From NCBI GenBank assembly GCA_963769885.1, contig CAVYNH010000004.1, forward strand, positions 224,001 through 288,000: a stretch of 64,000 nucleotides of DNA. The letters are read 5' to 3'. This document shows, piece after piece, positions 40,981 to 49,626 of the stretch (positions are counted from its first letter, which is position 1; the number at the start of each line of letters is the position of its first letter). This stretch comes from Methanobacteriota archaeon (GTDB taxonomy: Archaea; Thermoplasmatota; E2; DHVEG-1). The notes beneath the pieces are model-generated. The model was not told where the DNA came from, ran no database searches, and saw only the letters and a program-made list of their open reading frames with translations. Position numbers and translations under genes: made by a program.

Positions 40981-41062
40981 TATGCCACCCCTATCAATCT
41001 CACTCATGTGTTTCGCCAACTATGAGTCTTTTTGATGGGGGTGGTATATATAACCAATTTTT
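40981..41062 (+). ncRNA. Candidate hairpin antisense sRNA against the transposase mRNA
   Basis: TATA TTTAAAAA at 40956-40963; 17-bp outer stem with G-U pairs only on the + strand; 41000-41019 complementary to 42815-42834; downstream T-run. Confidence 0.65.
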
Positions 41063-41127
41063 CTAAAAACAATATATAAAAGAAAAAGAAAAACTATATT
41101 AGATTAGATTAAATTTCTTATTCTAAA

Positions 41128-41889
41128 ATGCCGATTGCTCTAAGTGTATTTGGATTAGACGAAATAGAAGAGAAAATATTTTTAAATGAAACAAAAAAAA
41201 CCTTCTCTTTATCTGATTTCCAATCAAACCTAGATTCAATTGCGGAGATCAAAGATATCCAGCCAGCTACCACAACTTTCACTCGAACATCCTATAATCC
41301 TCAAACAAAACGAGCAAAGTATTATGTCGAGCATTGGACCGATACAAATAAAGAAATCATTCGTGCTTTCCTGAAAGACCCGGACGAATCAATTCTCTAT
41401 GCTGACCAACTTTTAAAACCATTAGCAACTCATAAATTTGAATATGGATTTCAAACCTTAGTTAAACTTAATATCATGATTGATTTCGTGGACAAAGAGA
41501 TTTTTGTTTTTATGAATAAAAGAATCGCTAAACAGATAATAAATCGTTTGGAGGCAGTAGGAGGTTTAAAATCTCTCCCTATTTTCTTGAACTTAAAAAA
41601 CATAAGTTAAAGTGCAGTTGTTCAAGATGTTAATATTGTGTGGGAAGATGAACTGGATGTTAATGTTAAAAAAATCGGATGGATAGGGGTTCAAGTTCAT
41701 AAAGATAAGAGAGTAGATTTAAGCAAAGCAACTGCAATAAAAGTCGAAATAATAAGCAATCAAAAAATCATCCCTGATGTTTTTATTTCTGATGATGCTA
41801 GATTAAGTTCATTGTCCCCTAATGTGGGCACAAGTGAAATGGTCCAGATTTATAAGATATTAAAGGAGAAGACCAAACAATTAAGTTAG
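41128..41889 (+). pseudogene. Unknown ~253-codon gene split by one in-frame TAA at 41608-41610
   Basis: ORFs 41128-41610 and 41638-41889 are in the same frame with open codons between them. Confidence 0.65.
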
Positions 41890-42537
41890 TAGTTTTTTAA
41901 CAATTTCTTGAACCATTGATAATCCTTTAAAGTTAATGCTAACTGTGTTTTCCATTATTATTTTTATTTTAGTTTTAGATTCTTGGTCCTCCATATTGAT
42001 TATGTAATTCTCAATGACAAAGCCCTTTGGTTTTTTTATGCGAATTAATTTCCATTGAAAAGGAAGTTCTAGATCGAGTTTGCAATTCAACAAAGAACGA
42101 AAAATCTTTTTATTGATAAGACCTTCAAAATCAATTATTATCTCACTTATTTTTTTTGACAAATCTCTTAGTCCGGATTCCATTCTTTCAATTTCTACAT
42201 AGACCTCTTTGATAGATACTTTAAAAACAATAACAGAATAATGGCTATTGGAAAAATCAAGTTTTATTTCATTGTCAATTTTTTTTGTTCCTTCACCAAA
42301 CATTGAATGTACTTCATTTTTTATAATATTAAAATCAGTCTCTGTTTCAAAAGTAAAAATCAACCTAGCATTCGCTCCTTTATTTGTAACGATAGCCCAT
42401 TTTTTTCTTAGTCTATTTAAAAGATCATATTTGTCTTCTATAAGTAAACCTATTATCGAACCCACACAAGTAGTAATGATTAGAATAAAGCCGACATATG
42501 TATTAACAAACTCTACTATTGAATTAAAGTCAGTCAG
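41881..42537 (-). CDS. Hypothetical N-terminally membrane-anchored protein
   Basis: Frame is open upstream of GTG 42465, through a TM segment, to CTG 42537, which overlaps the upstream TGA and follows AGGTGA. Confidence 0.65.
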   Translation of the reverse strand: MTDFNSIVEFVNTYVGFILIITTCVGSIIGLLIEDKYDLLNRLRKKWAIVTNKGANARLIFTFETETDFNIIKNEVHSMFGEGTKKIDNEIKLDFSNSHYSVIVFKVSIKEVYVEIERMESGLRDLSKKISEIIIDFEGLINKKIFRSLLNCKLDLELPFQWKLIRIKKPKGFVIENYIINMEDQESKTKIKIIMENTVSINFKGLSMVQEIVKKLLT

Positions 42538-42734
42538 CCTTTTTCACCTTCGTTATTTTCCTTGTTTTGTGCTTTTTCAAGGAGTTCGACTTTTTGTAAT
42601 TCGATAAGTCGTAGTCGTAATGTCTCGTGAACAAATTCGCTTGAATCTCTATAAAGAAACCTTTTGTTATTTACAATTTCATTGATTTTTTTATGAATTT
42701 CAATATCTAAGTTTAGGGTCTTATATTTCGCCAT
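42534..42734 (-). CDS. Ribbon-helix-helix (CopG-like) regulator
   Basis: YKTLNLDIEIHKKINEIV...YRDSSEFVHETLR; divergent from the transposase. Confidence 0.75.
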   Translation of the reverse strand: MAKYKTLNLDIEIHKKINEIVNNKRFLYRDSSEFVHETLRLRLIELQKVELLEKAQNKENNEGEKG

Positions 42735-42826
42735 AACACATATATGGCTTATATATATGTTATACTATTTAAGTATATTTAGATACCTTTAAATAGAGAT
42801 TGTAATATGTAATATTGGCGAAATAC

Positions 42827-43999
42827 ATGAGTGAACGAATAGACATTAAAGAAATGGTGAATGCTCGAAGAGCACGAGGCATGATTCTCCTTGAAAACGG
42901 ATTTGAACCAAAGGAAATTAACTCGAAGACATGGATTGTCCCAAGCCAAACAGGGAACGGCACATATACGGTTCATTATGCGGATGATGAACGGACCATT
43001 TGGAGATGCACCTGCAAAGACTTTGAAATTCGAGGGCTCCCATGTAAACATATCAATGCCGTGAAAATCTGGAAAAATCTCCATGATAGATTCGAGCAAC
43101 TAAACCTTAAAGTGAAACAAAGCATCAGCCTTGGAAACACTGAGACTCAAGGATGCAAATTCTGCCATTCATCAGACATCACAAGATACGGCGTGAAAAA
43201 CGGGAAGCAAGTCTATTTCTGTAAATCATGCAATCGAAGATTCGTGAACAATATTGATTTTGAAAACATGAAGTACAACCCTAAGATAATCGCCTTGACG
43301 CTTGATCTCTATTTCAAAGGGATAAGCCTTCGGAAAATCAGCCACCACCTCAAGCAGTTCTATAATCTGAATATCAGCCACAAGTCCGTGTACAATTGGA
43401 TAGAGAAGTACGTAGGAATCATGAATGAGTATGTGAACAGTATTCAACCTGATATTGGGGGCGTGTGGCATACTGATGAGATGATGGTGAAGGTGGATGG
43501 TTCCTGGGAGTATCTCTGGAATGTAATTGATGAAAGCACTCGATTCCAGCTTGCATCTATCGTTTCAAAGGAACGTCACGTTAGGGATGCACGCATGGTG
43601 TTCCAGAAGGCGAAGAAGAATGCTGGAGGAAGGAAACCAAAGTACTTAGTCACGGATGGACTATTAGCATATCGTGAGGCCGTCAATAAGGAGTTTAATA
43701 CGAATCACGGCAATATTGAGCATCTTTGGAATGTAGGGATACAACATCACCCGAACAACAACCATGTAGAACGGTTACATGGCACTATCCGCCAACGGGA
43801 AAAAGTCATACGAGGAATGAAGATAGAAGAGACTCCGATTATCGAGGGACATAGGTTATACTATAATTTCATCAAGCCCCATGAGGCGTTGAACGGAAAG
43901 ACACCATCAGAAGAAGCAGGGATAACCATCGAAGGGGAAGATAAATGGCTTACTCTCATGAAGAAATCAATTCAATATCAGAAGGCGAATAAACAATAA
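42827..43999 (+). CDS. IS6-family DDE transposase with N-terminal SWIM finger and Zn ribbon
   Basis: SWIM CTCKDF..CKH; CKFC..CKSC; HTH; DDE triad WHTDE, VTDG, NNHVERLH. Confidence 0.92.
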   Translation: MSERIDIKEMVNARRARGMILLENGFEPKEINSKTWIVPSQTGNGTYTVHYADDERTIWRCTCKDFEIRGLPCKHINAVKIWKNLHDRFEQLNLKVKQSISLGNTETQGCKFCHSSDITRYGVKNGKQVYFCKSCNRRFVNNIDFENMKYNPKIIALTLDLYFKGISLRKISHHLKQFYNLNISHKSVYNWIEKYVGIMNEYVNSIQPDIGGVWHTDEMMVKVDGSWEYLWNVIDESTRFQLASIVSKERHVRDARMVFQKAKKNAGGRKPKYLVTDGLLAYREAVNKEFNTNHGNIEHLWNVGIQHHPNNNHVERLHGTIRQREKVIRGMKIEETPIIEGHRLYYNFIKPHEALNGKTPSEEAGITIEGEDKWLTLMKKSIQYQKANKQ

Positions 44000-44059
44000 C
44001 CCCTTCTTTTTTTCTTTTGCCAAAATTAAAGAAGAATCGAACAATATCGAATATCAGTT

Positions 44060-46885
44060 ATGGAAGATGACCTTGTTAAACAAAAAGTACAATCACTCAT
44101 AGATGATTTCAGAAGTAATTATAACGAATACAAGAAAGAATCCGAAGCTAGTATAGAAACAAAACTAATTGAACCACTCTTCAAATGTTTAGGTTGGACT
44201 GAAAAAGATTTTAGCAAACGAGAACGAACACAACGAGAAGGCAAACTAGGTTTTGCGGATTACACGTTCTACATAAAAGATAAGAAAGTATTTTTCCTCG
44301 AAGTAAAAAAGATTGGAGTGCCGTTAGACAAAGAGGCAGATGCACAAGTCGTATCTTATGCTCTATCAAAATCTGTTTCCATCGCAATCTCGACGAATTT
44401 CGAACAGCTCAAAGTGTTTTGTGTCGAAGAAGAGAATTTAGATAAAAGAATGATTTCAATCTTCAAAACACCAGAAGATTACCTTGACAAATTCTATGAT
44501 TTGATTTTACTTTCTAAGTCTAGTTTTGAACAAGATCTCTTAATGAAAAAAGCTGAAGACCTTAATCTATTAAAAAAACGGATAACCATAGATAAACCAC
44601 TTCTTGACAACCTAATTCTTATCCGTAAGTTCATTGCTGATGATATAGAGAAAAAATATTCAGGGAAATATCAACCCAATGAAAAAGAAGAGATCATACA
44701 AAGAATTATCGACAGACTGATTTTCATCAGGAAATGCGAGGACACAGGAATTAACCCAGAGAACCTGACCCTAAAAGATGTCCTCACAGTAACTGATGAA
44801 AAAGCATACAAAAAATTAAAAGAGATATTCGAAGAATACAATACTCGATACAATAGTGGATTATTCGCCATCGATAAAGACAATGAATGCGATAGGATAC
44901 AGATAACTGGAGATATAATTAAAAAACTCATTGGATATCTCTACATTTCCAGAAACGGAGGATACCACTATAATTTCGAATGGATACCTGCCGATATTCT
45001 TGGACAAGTCTATGAACAATACCTTGGAAAGATACTAGAACAAACAAAATCAGGTAAAGCCAAACTAACAAATGGACAGGTACATCGAAAGGAACAAGGC
45101 ATTTATTATACGCCTACCTTTGTCGTTGATTATATCGTAAAAACTACAGTTGGAGAAGTGTTGAAGAATAAAAAAGTAAAAGTAAAGGAATTAAAAATAT
45201 TGGACCCTGCTTGTGGCTCGGGTTCTTTCTTAATCAAAGCTTTTGATTATATCTACCGAAATCAATCAACCGGGGATTCTCAACAATATAGAATTGACGG
45301 TCAAGGGCAGTATTCTGTTAAAACAGAGATACTGAAAAATAATCTGTACGGAGTGGATTTAGATAATAAAGCAATAGAAATAACCAAGTTAAATTTACTC
45401 TTAAAAGCAGCGGAGAAAGGAAGACGTTTACCTGTAGAGATTGACATCAACATAAGACAAGGAAATTCATTAATCGACGACGAATCAATTGCAGGATTGA
45501 ATGCTTTTAAGTGGACCGACAAAACAAAAAATAAGGACAACAGGAAATTTGACGTAGTTATTGGAAATCCGCCTTATATCAAGGTAGAACAAATTAAAAA
45601 AGAAGAAAAAGAATGGATTTATCAAAATTTTGAAAACGCTACTGGAAGAACTGATTTATACGTACTTTTTTTAGAGAAAGCATTAGAGCTAACAAAGGAC
45701 GACGGCCTAATCTCTTTCATTATTCCAAGTATATGGATGAAAGCGAAATATGGAGAAAAACTAAGAGAGAATTTGGTAAGAAACTATCAGATAAAATCAA
45801 TCATCGACTTCGGCGATCTTAAGGTCTTTGAAAGTGTCACCACTTATCCATGTATCATTTTGATTAAAAAGAAGAAACCAACTGGAAACGACACCATCAT
45901 CTATTATAAAGTTCCTAGTTTGAATGAATCAATAATTAACAATCTTGAAAATGCTATAAAAAAGGACTCTTGGATGATTAGGCAAAAAGAATTTGATTGG
46001 AACTTTGCAAATCCACAGGTAAAAAAAATATTCGATAAATTAAACAAATCATCAAAAATCAGGCTAAGTGACCTAAGAGACCAAATTTATGAAGGTTTGA
46101 TTACCGGAGATAACAAGGCTTTTTTTGTTGATAGAGAGACAGTAGAAACAAAAAATCTCGAAAGGGAATTGTTAAAACCTGTTCCAAAAGGAAAAAACAT
46201 CAGACGTTTTTCAATTCGGTGGGAAAAAGAATATGTCATATATCCTTACAAACAGAATATGCTTAAGACTGAACCTGTTAATATCAAAGAATATCCAAAC
46301 GTAAATTCTTACCTTGCTGAATTTGAAAAAAAGCTCACAGCTAGAACCTCAATTAAAGGGACTAACAAAAAATGGTTTGAACATGTTCGTCCTAGAGAAA
46401 AATGGTGGTTTGAAAAACAAAAAATCTTAACTCCAAACCTATCATCAAGTAACAACTTTGCTATTGACGAAGGACGTTCAAATGAATATTTTTATGTTGA
46501 CCATGATGCATATGCGATTACGCTAAAAACAAATAGCAGAGAAGATTTATTGTTTATTTGTGGGCTTCTTAATTCATCTCTTATAGAGTTTTACATTAAG
46601 CAGATAAGTCCTATGTTCTCAGGTGGATATTACAAATATCATACTCAATATCTTGATCCAATCCCGATAATTAAACCATCTAAAAAAGAAGAAATCAGAT
46701 TCGTGAAATTAGTCGAGAGGATTATTCTTCTGAATAAAACATTAACAAAGATTGGCGATAAAAAGACTGCCGAAAGTGCAAAACTCGAAGAAGAAATTAA
46801 GAAAGTTGATAATCAAATCGATGAACTTGTTTTTGACCTCTACCATTTGACCAAAGACGAAAAGGAGATTATTAAAAAATCTTAA
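44060..46885 (+). CDS. Type IIG restriction-modification enzyme (Eco57I/TaqI-like fused REase-MTase-TRD)
   Basis: PD-(D/E)xK ADY..LEVK; GIYYTP; ILDPACGSGSFL; GNPPY; TaqI_C-like C-terminus. Confidence 0.92.
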   Translation: MEDDLVKQKVQSLIDDFRSNYNEYKKESEASIETKLIEPLFKCLGWTEKDFSKRERTQREGKLGFADYTFYIKDKKVFFLEVKKIGVPLDKEADAQVVSYALSKSVSIAISTNFEQLKVFCVEEENLDKRMISIFKTPEDYLDKFYDLILLSKSSFEQDLLMKKAEDLNLLKKRITIDKPLLDNLILIRKFIADDIEKKYSGKYQPNEKEEIIQRIIDRLIFIRKCEDTGINPENLTLKDVLTVTDEKAYKKLKEIFEEYNTRYNSGLFAIDKDNECDRIQITGDIIKKLIGYLYISRNGGYHYNFEWIPADILGQVYEQYLGKILEQTKSGKAKLTNGQVHRKEQGIYYTPTFVVDYIVKTTVGEVLKNKKVKVKELKILDPACGSGSFLIKAFDYIYRNQSTGDSQQYRIDGQGQYSVKTEILKNNLYGVDLDNKAIEITKLNLLLKAAEKGRRLPVEIDINIRQGNSLIDDESIAGLNAFKWTDKTKNKDNRKFDVVIGNPPYIKVEQIKKEEKEWIYQNFENATGRTDLYVLFLEKALELTKDDGLISFIIPSIWMKAKYGEKLRENLVRNYQIKSIIDFGDLKVFESVTTYPCIILIKKKKPTGNDTIIYYKVPSLNESIINNLENAIKKDSWMIRQKEFDWNFANPQVKKIFDKLNKSSKIRLSDLRDQIYEGLITGDNKAFFVDRETVETKNLERELLKPVPKGKNIRRFSIRWEKEYVIYPYKQNMLKTEPVNIKEYPNVNSYLAEFEKKLTARTSIKGTNKKWFEHVRPREKWWFEKQKILTPNLSSSNNFAIDEGRSNEYFYVDHDAYAITLKTNSREDLLFICGLLNSSLIEFYIKQISPMFSGGYYKYHTQYLDPIPIIKPSKKEEIRFVKLVERIILLNKTLTKIGDKKTAESAKLEEEIKKVDNQIDELVFDLYHLTKDEKEIIKKS

Positions 46886-47430
46886 AGACTAAATATTTTA
46901 ATCTCTTTTATTTTTTCATTGACATTTTCAGGAGAGCAACATGGTAAATATTTTTCTGCATTCTTACAAAAAATCGAATCAGTAGAAACTAAGAGGTCAC
47001 AACCTACTTCTAATGCTGTTGCGAGATGAATCGAATCAGAAGCAGAAAGATTAGACTCTTTGCAAATCTTTATTGCCTTTTCGATGGCTACTTCATCTAA
47101 CCAATAAAATTGTACAAATTTATATGGAGTGAAAAACCTGTTTTTGATTTTTGTATAAATTAATTCTAGGGTCTTATCTGATAAATCTTTATCATCCCTT
47201 TTTCTTAAAATTTTTTTAAATGTCCATCCTTCTTTGATTTTTTCATAGATAAATTCATTATCCTTCTGCACACTTAAAGCTTCCATTAATGCAAATTGAG
47301 ATGTAATACAGTCCCATCCATTATTTTTTATTTCCTCTATCAGGTCAATGGAAGGAGTATGTATGCCTTGGACAATGTCAACAATGATGTTTGTATCTAT
47401 GTAAATCTTGGGTTTTATGAATACTTCCAT
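46882..47430 (-). CDS. PIN-domain (VapC-like) ribonuclease
   Basis: IYIDTNII, TSQFALME, DSIHLATA, STD. Confidence 0.88.
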   Translation of the reverse strand: MEVFIKPKIYIDTNIIVDIVQGIHTPSIDLIEEIKNNGWDCITSQFALMEALSVQKDNEFIYEKIKEGWTFKKILRKRDDKDLSDKTLELIYTKIKNRFFTPYKFVQFYWLDEVAIEKAIKICKESNLSASDSIHLATALEVGCDLLVSTDSIFCKNAEKYLPCCSPENVNEKIKEIKIFSL

Positions 47431-47432
47431 AA

Positions 47433-47591
47433 TTAAAATCTTGGCCTTCTTTTTTTGACATGTCTTGATGGTTTCCTTCTTCTACTGAAAAAAACTTTAT
47501 TGGAACTTATAGATTGACCATCCATAGTCTCCTCTGCCTTGCCTTCTGAATAATTAATCTCTGATTTATCATTTTCCTTTTTGTCGGCCAT
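47433..47591 (-). CDS. 52-aa charged peptide upstream of the PIN gene (candidate antitoxin)
   Basis: MADKKENDKSEINYSEGKAEETMDGQSISSNKVFFSRRRKPSRHVKKRRPRF*; stop is 2 nt before the PIN ATG. Confidence 0.5.
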   Translation of the reverse strand: MADKKENDKSEINYSEGKAEETMDGQSISSNKVFFSRRRKPSRHVKKRRPRF

Positions 47592-47609
47592 ACCTGTTAC
47601 CACTCTTGA

Positions 47610-47650
47610 TTTCCCACTACTAAATTCCCACTACTCCCTTACACAGAACC
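47610..47650 (-). repeat. Right TIR with two GTAGTGGGAA boxes
   Basis: Reverse complement GGTTCTGTGTAAGGGAGTAGTGGGAATTTAGTAGTGGGAAA. Confidence 0.93.
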
Positions 47651-47654
47651 CACC

Positions 47655-47671
47655 CCAACAAGGTTTATATA
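47655..47671 (+). promoter_or_regulatory. Probable BRE/TATA of the r-protein operon
   Basis: CCAACAAGG-TTTATATA; the only TATA-like sequence before rpl3. Confidence 0.65.
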
Positions 47672-47867
47672 CCAAATCCGGTATGCCAAGTAATCCTGGT
47701 CCTAACCAGACACGCATCCGGGCAATACCCACCACGGGCACCCCCGGCAAACAACGACCCACCAATCACTTCTTGGGCCGCGGCGGACATGTCACGGTTA
47801 GCGACACACACCACAGCAGGAAACCGAAGGAAACTTCAGTCTTCCAACTCACGGCAGAGGATACATT

Positions 47868-48860
47868 ATGCCAAACATCCACCATCCAAAAAGAGGCTCC
47901 CATGGATACTGGCCCCGCAAACGCGCCGCCAGCCAAACCCCCCACATCCAACGCTGGATCCAGGGCGGCGACAAACCCAAACTCCAAGCCTTCTTCGGAT
48001 ACAAAGCCGGCATGACCCACGCCTTCGTCGTCGACTACCGACCCACCAGCACCACCAGCGGCCGCGAAGTCAAAGTCCCCGTCACCGTCGTCGAAACCCC
48101 CCCTATGAGAATCGCCGCCATCCGCGCCTACCAACGCGACGCCTACGGCCTCCACGTCACCTACGAAACCTGGGCAGACAACCTCGAACCAGAACTCAAC
48201 CGACGCATCCCCATGCCTAAGAAAAAAACCCAGGCTCCAAAAGAGATCCCCACCGACGCCGAAGAAATCCGCGTCATCACCTACACCCAACCCAAACTCG
48301 TCACCGGCGTCCCCAAAAAAGCCCCCGAGATCACCGAAGTCAAAATCGGCGGCGGCACCATCCAAGACCAGATCACCTACGCTAAAAGCATCCTCGGCAA
48401 AGAACTCAAAATCAGCGACGTCGTCAGCGAAGGCGACATGCTCGACACCATCGCCGTCACCAAAGGCAAAGGATTCCAAGGCACCATCAAGCGCCACAAC
48501 GTCAAACTCCTCTTCCACAAAAACAGCAAACACCGACGCCTCATCGGCACCGCAGGCTCCTGGCACCCCAGCTACGTCCAAGCCACCGTCCCCCAGGCGG
48601 GACAAATGGGCTACGCCCAACGCACCGAATACAACAAGCGCGTCCTGAAGATCGGCGACAACGGCACCGAGATCACCCCCGCCGGCGGCTTCCCCAAATA
48701 CGGCGTCGTCCGCAACTCCTACATCCTCCTCCACGGCAGCATCCCCGGGCCCACCAAACGCCTCATCGGACTCCGAGACGCCATCCGCTACCAGCGCGGC
48801 GTCAAAGTCCAAAAACCAGAGGTCACCTTCATCTCAGTCAGCAGCAAACAAGGAGTGTAA
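47868..48860 (+). CDS. rpl3p: 50S ribosomal protein L3
   Basis: PKRGS..WPRKRA, GYKAGMTH, TKGKGFQG. Confidence 0.97.
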   Translation: MPNIHHPKRGSHGYWPRKRAASQTPHIQRWIQGGDKPKLQAFFGYKAGMTHAFVVDYRPTSTTSGREVKVPVTVVETPPMRIAAIRAYQRDAYGLHVTYETWADNLEPELNRRIPMPKKKTQAPKEIPTDAEEIRVITYTQPKLVTGVPKKAPEITEVKIGGGTIQDQITYAKSILGKELKISDVVSEGDMLDTIAVTKGKGFQGTIKRHNVKLLFHKNSKHRRLIGTAGSWHPSYVQATVPQAGQMGYAQRTEYNKRVLKIGDNGTEITPAGGFPKYGVVRNSYILLHGSIPGPTKRLIGLRDAIRYQRGVKVQKPEVTFISVSSKQGV

Positions 48861-48863
48861 TCC

Positions 48864-49625
48864 ATGACGAAGATCAACGTCTACGGCATCGACGGCACGG
48901 TGAAAGAACAGATCACCCTCCCCAAGGTCTTCACCACCACCTACCGCCCAGACATCATCAAGAAATCCTTCGAAGTCACCCATTCCAACCAGCGACAGCC
49001 CTACGGCACCGACAAACTCGCCGGCCTCCGGCACGCCGTCGCCTCGGTCGGCAAAGGACGAGGCATGAGCCGCGTCCCCCGCCTCAGCCAGGGAAAAAAC
49101 GCCGCCCTCGCCCCTAGCGTCGTCGGCGGCAGACGCGCCCACCCACCCAAAGCGGAACGCAACTGGAAAGAAAAGATGAACAAAAAAGAACAACAGCTCG
49201 CCCGCAACAGCGCCCTCGCCGCAACCGCGGACAAGACCATCGTCACCGCACGCGGACACGCCTTCAAGGACGACATCACCCTTCCCATCGTCGTCGACGA
49301 CACCTTTGAAACACTCGCCAAGGTAAAAGACGTCATCGCCGCATTTGACAAGATCGGCATCTACAGCGACGTCCTCCGCGCCGAGAACGGCAAACACATC
49401 CGCGCCGGCAAGGGCAAGATGCGCGACCGCAAATACCGCATCCCGAAATCAATCCTCATCATCTCCACGAACGAAATCCTCGCTCGCAGCTCCAAGAACC
49501 TCACTGGCGTCGACGTCACGAAGCCCGCGCAGCTGAACATCGAGCTCCTCGCCCCCGGCGGCACCGCCGGCAGACTCACCCTCATCACCAAAGCCGCGCT
49601 CGCCAAACTCGGAGGTGCCAAGTAA
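48864..49625 (+). CDS. rpl4p: 50S ribosomal protein L4
   Basis: GRGMSRVPR, GGRRAHPP, LAPGG..GRLT. Confidence 0.97.
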   Translation: MTKINVYGIDGTVKEQITLPKVFTTTYRPDIIKKSFEVTHSNQRQPYGTDKLAGLRHAVASVGKGRGMSRVPRLSQGKNAALAPSVVGGRRAHPPKAERNWKEKMNKKEQQLARNSALAATADKTIVTARGHAFKDDITLPIVVDDTFETLAKVKDVIAAFDKIGIYSDVLRAENGKHIRAGKGKMRDRKYRIPKSILIISTNEILARSSKNLTGVDVTKPAQLNIELLAPGGTAGRLTLITKAALAKLGGAK

Positions 49626-49626
49626 C

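Larger units (their letters stand above)
40436..47650. mobile_element. IS6-family cargo transposon, 7,215 bp
   Basis: TIRs 40436-40476 and 47610-47650 (36/41 identical, start GGTTCTGTG); TSD CACCCCAA at 40428-40435 and 47651-47658; internal DDE transposase; AT-rich. Confidence 0.93.

Noticed and set aside
40981-41062. Hairpin as a simple terminator, tRNA or TnpB omega-RNA
   Set aside because: It lies >110 bp past the upstream stop with its own TATA box; no cloverleaf; no TnpB or IscB in the element.
41608-41610. Recoded stop (Sec/Pyl)
   Set aside because: The codon is TAA, and all other genes use the standard code.
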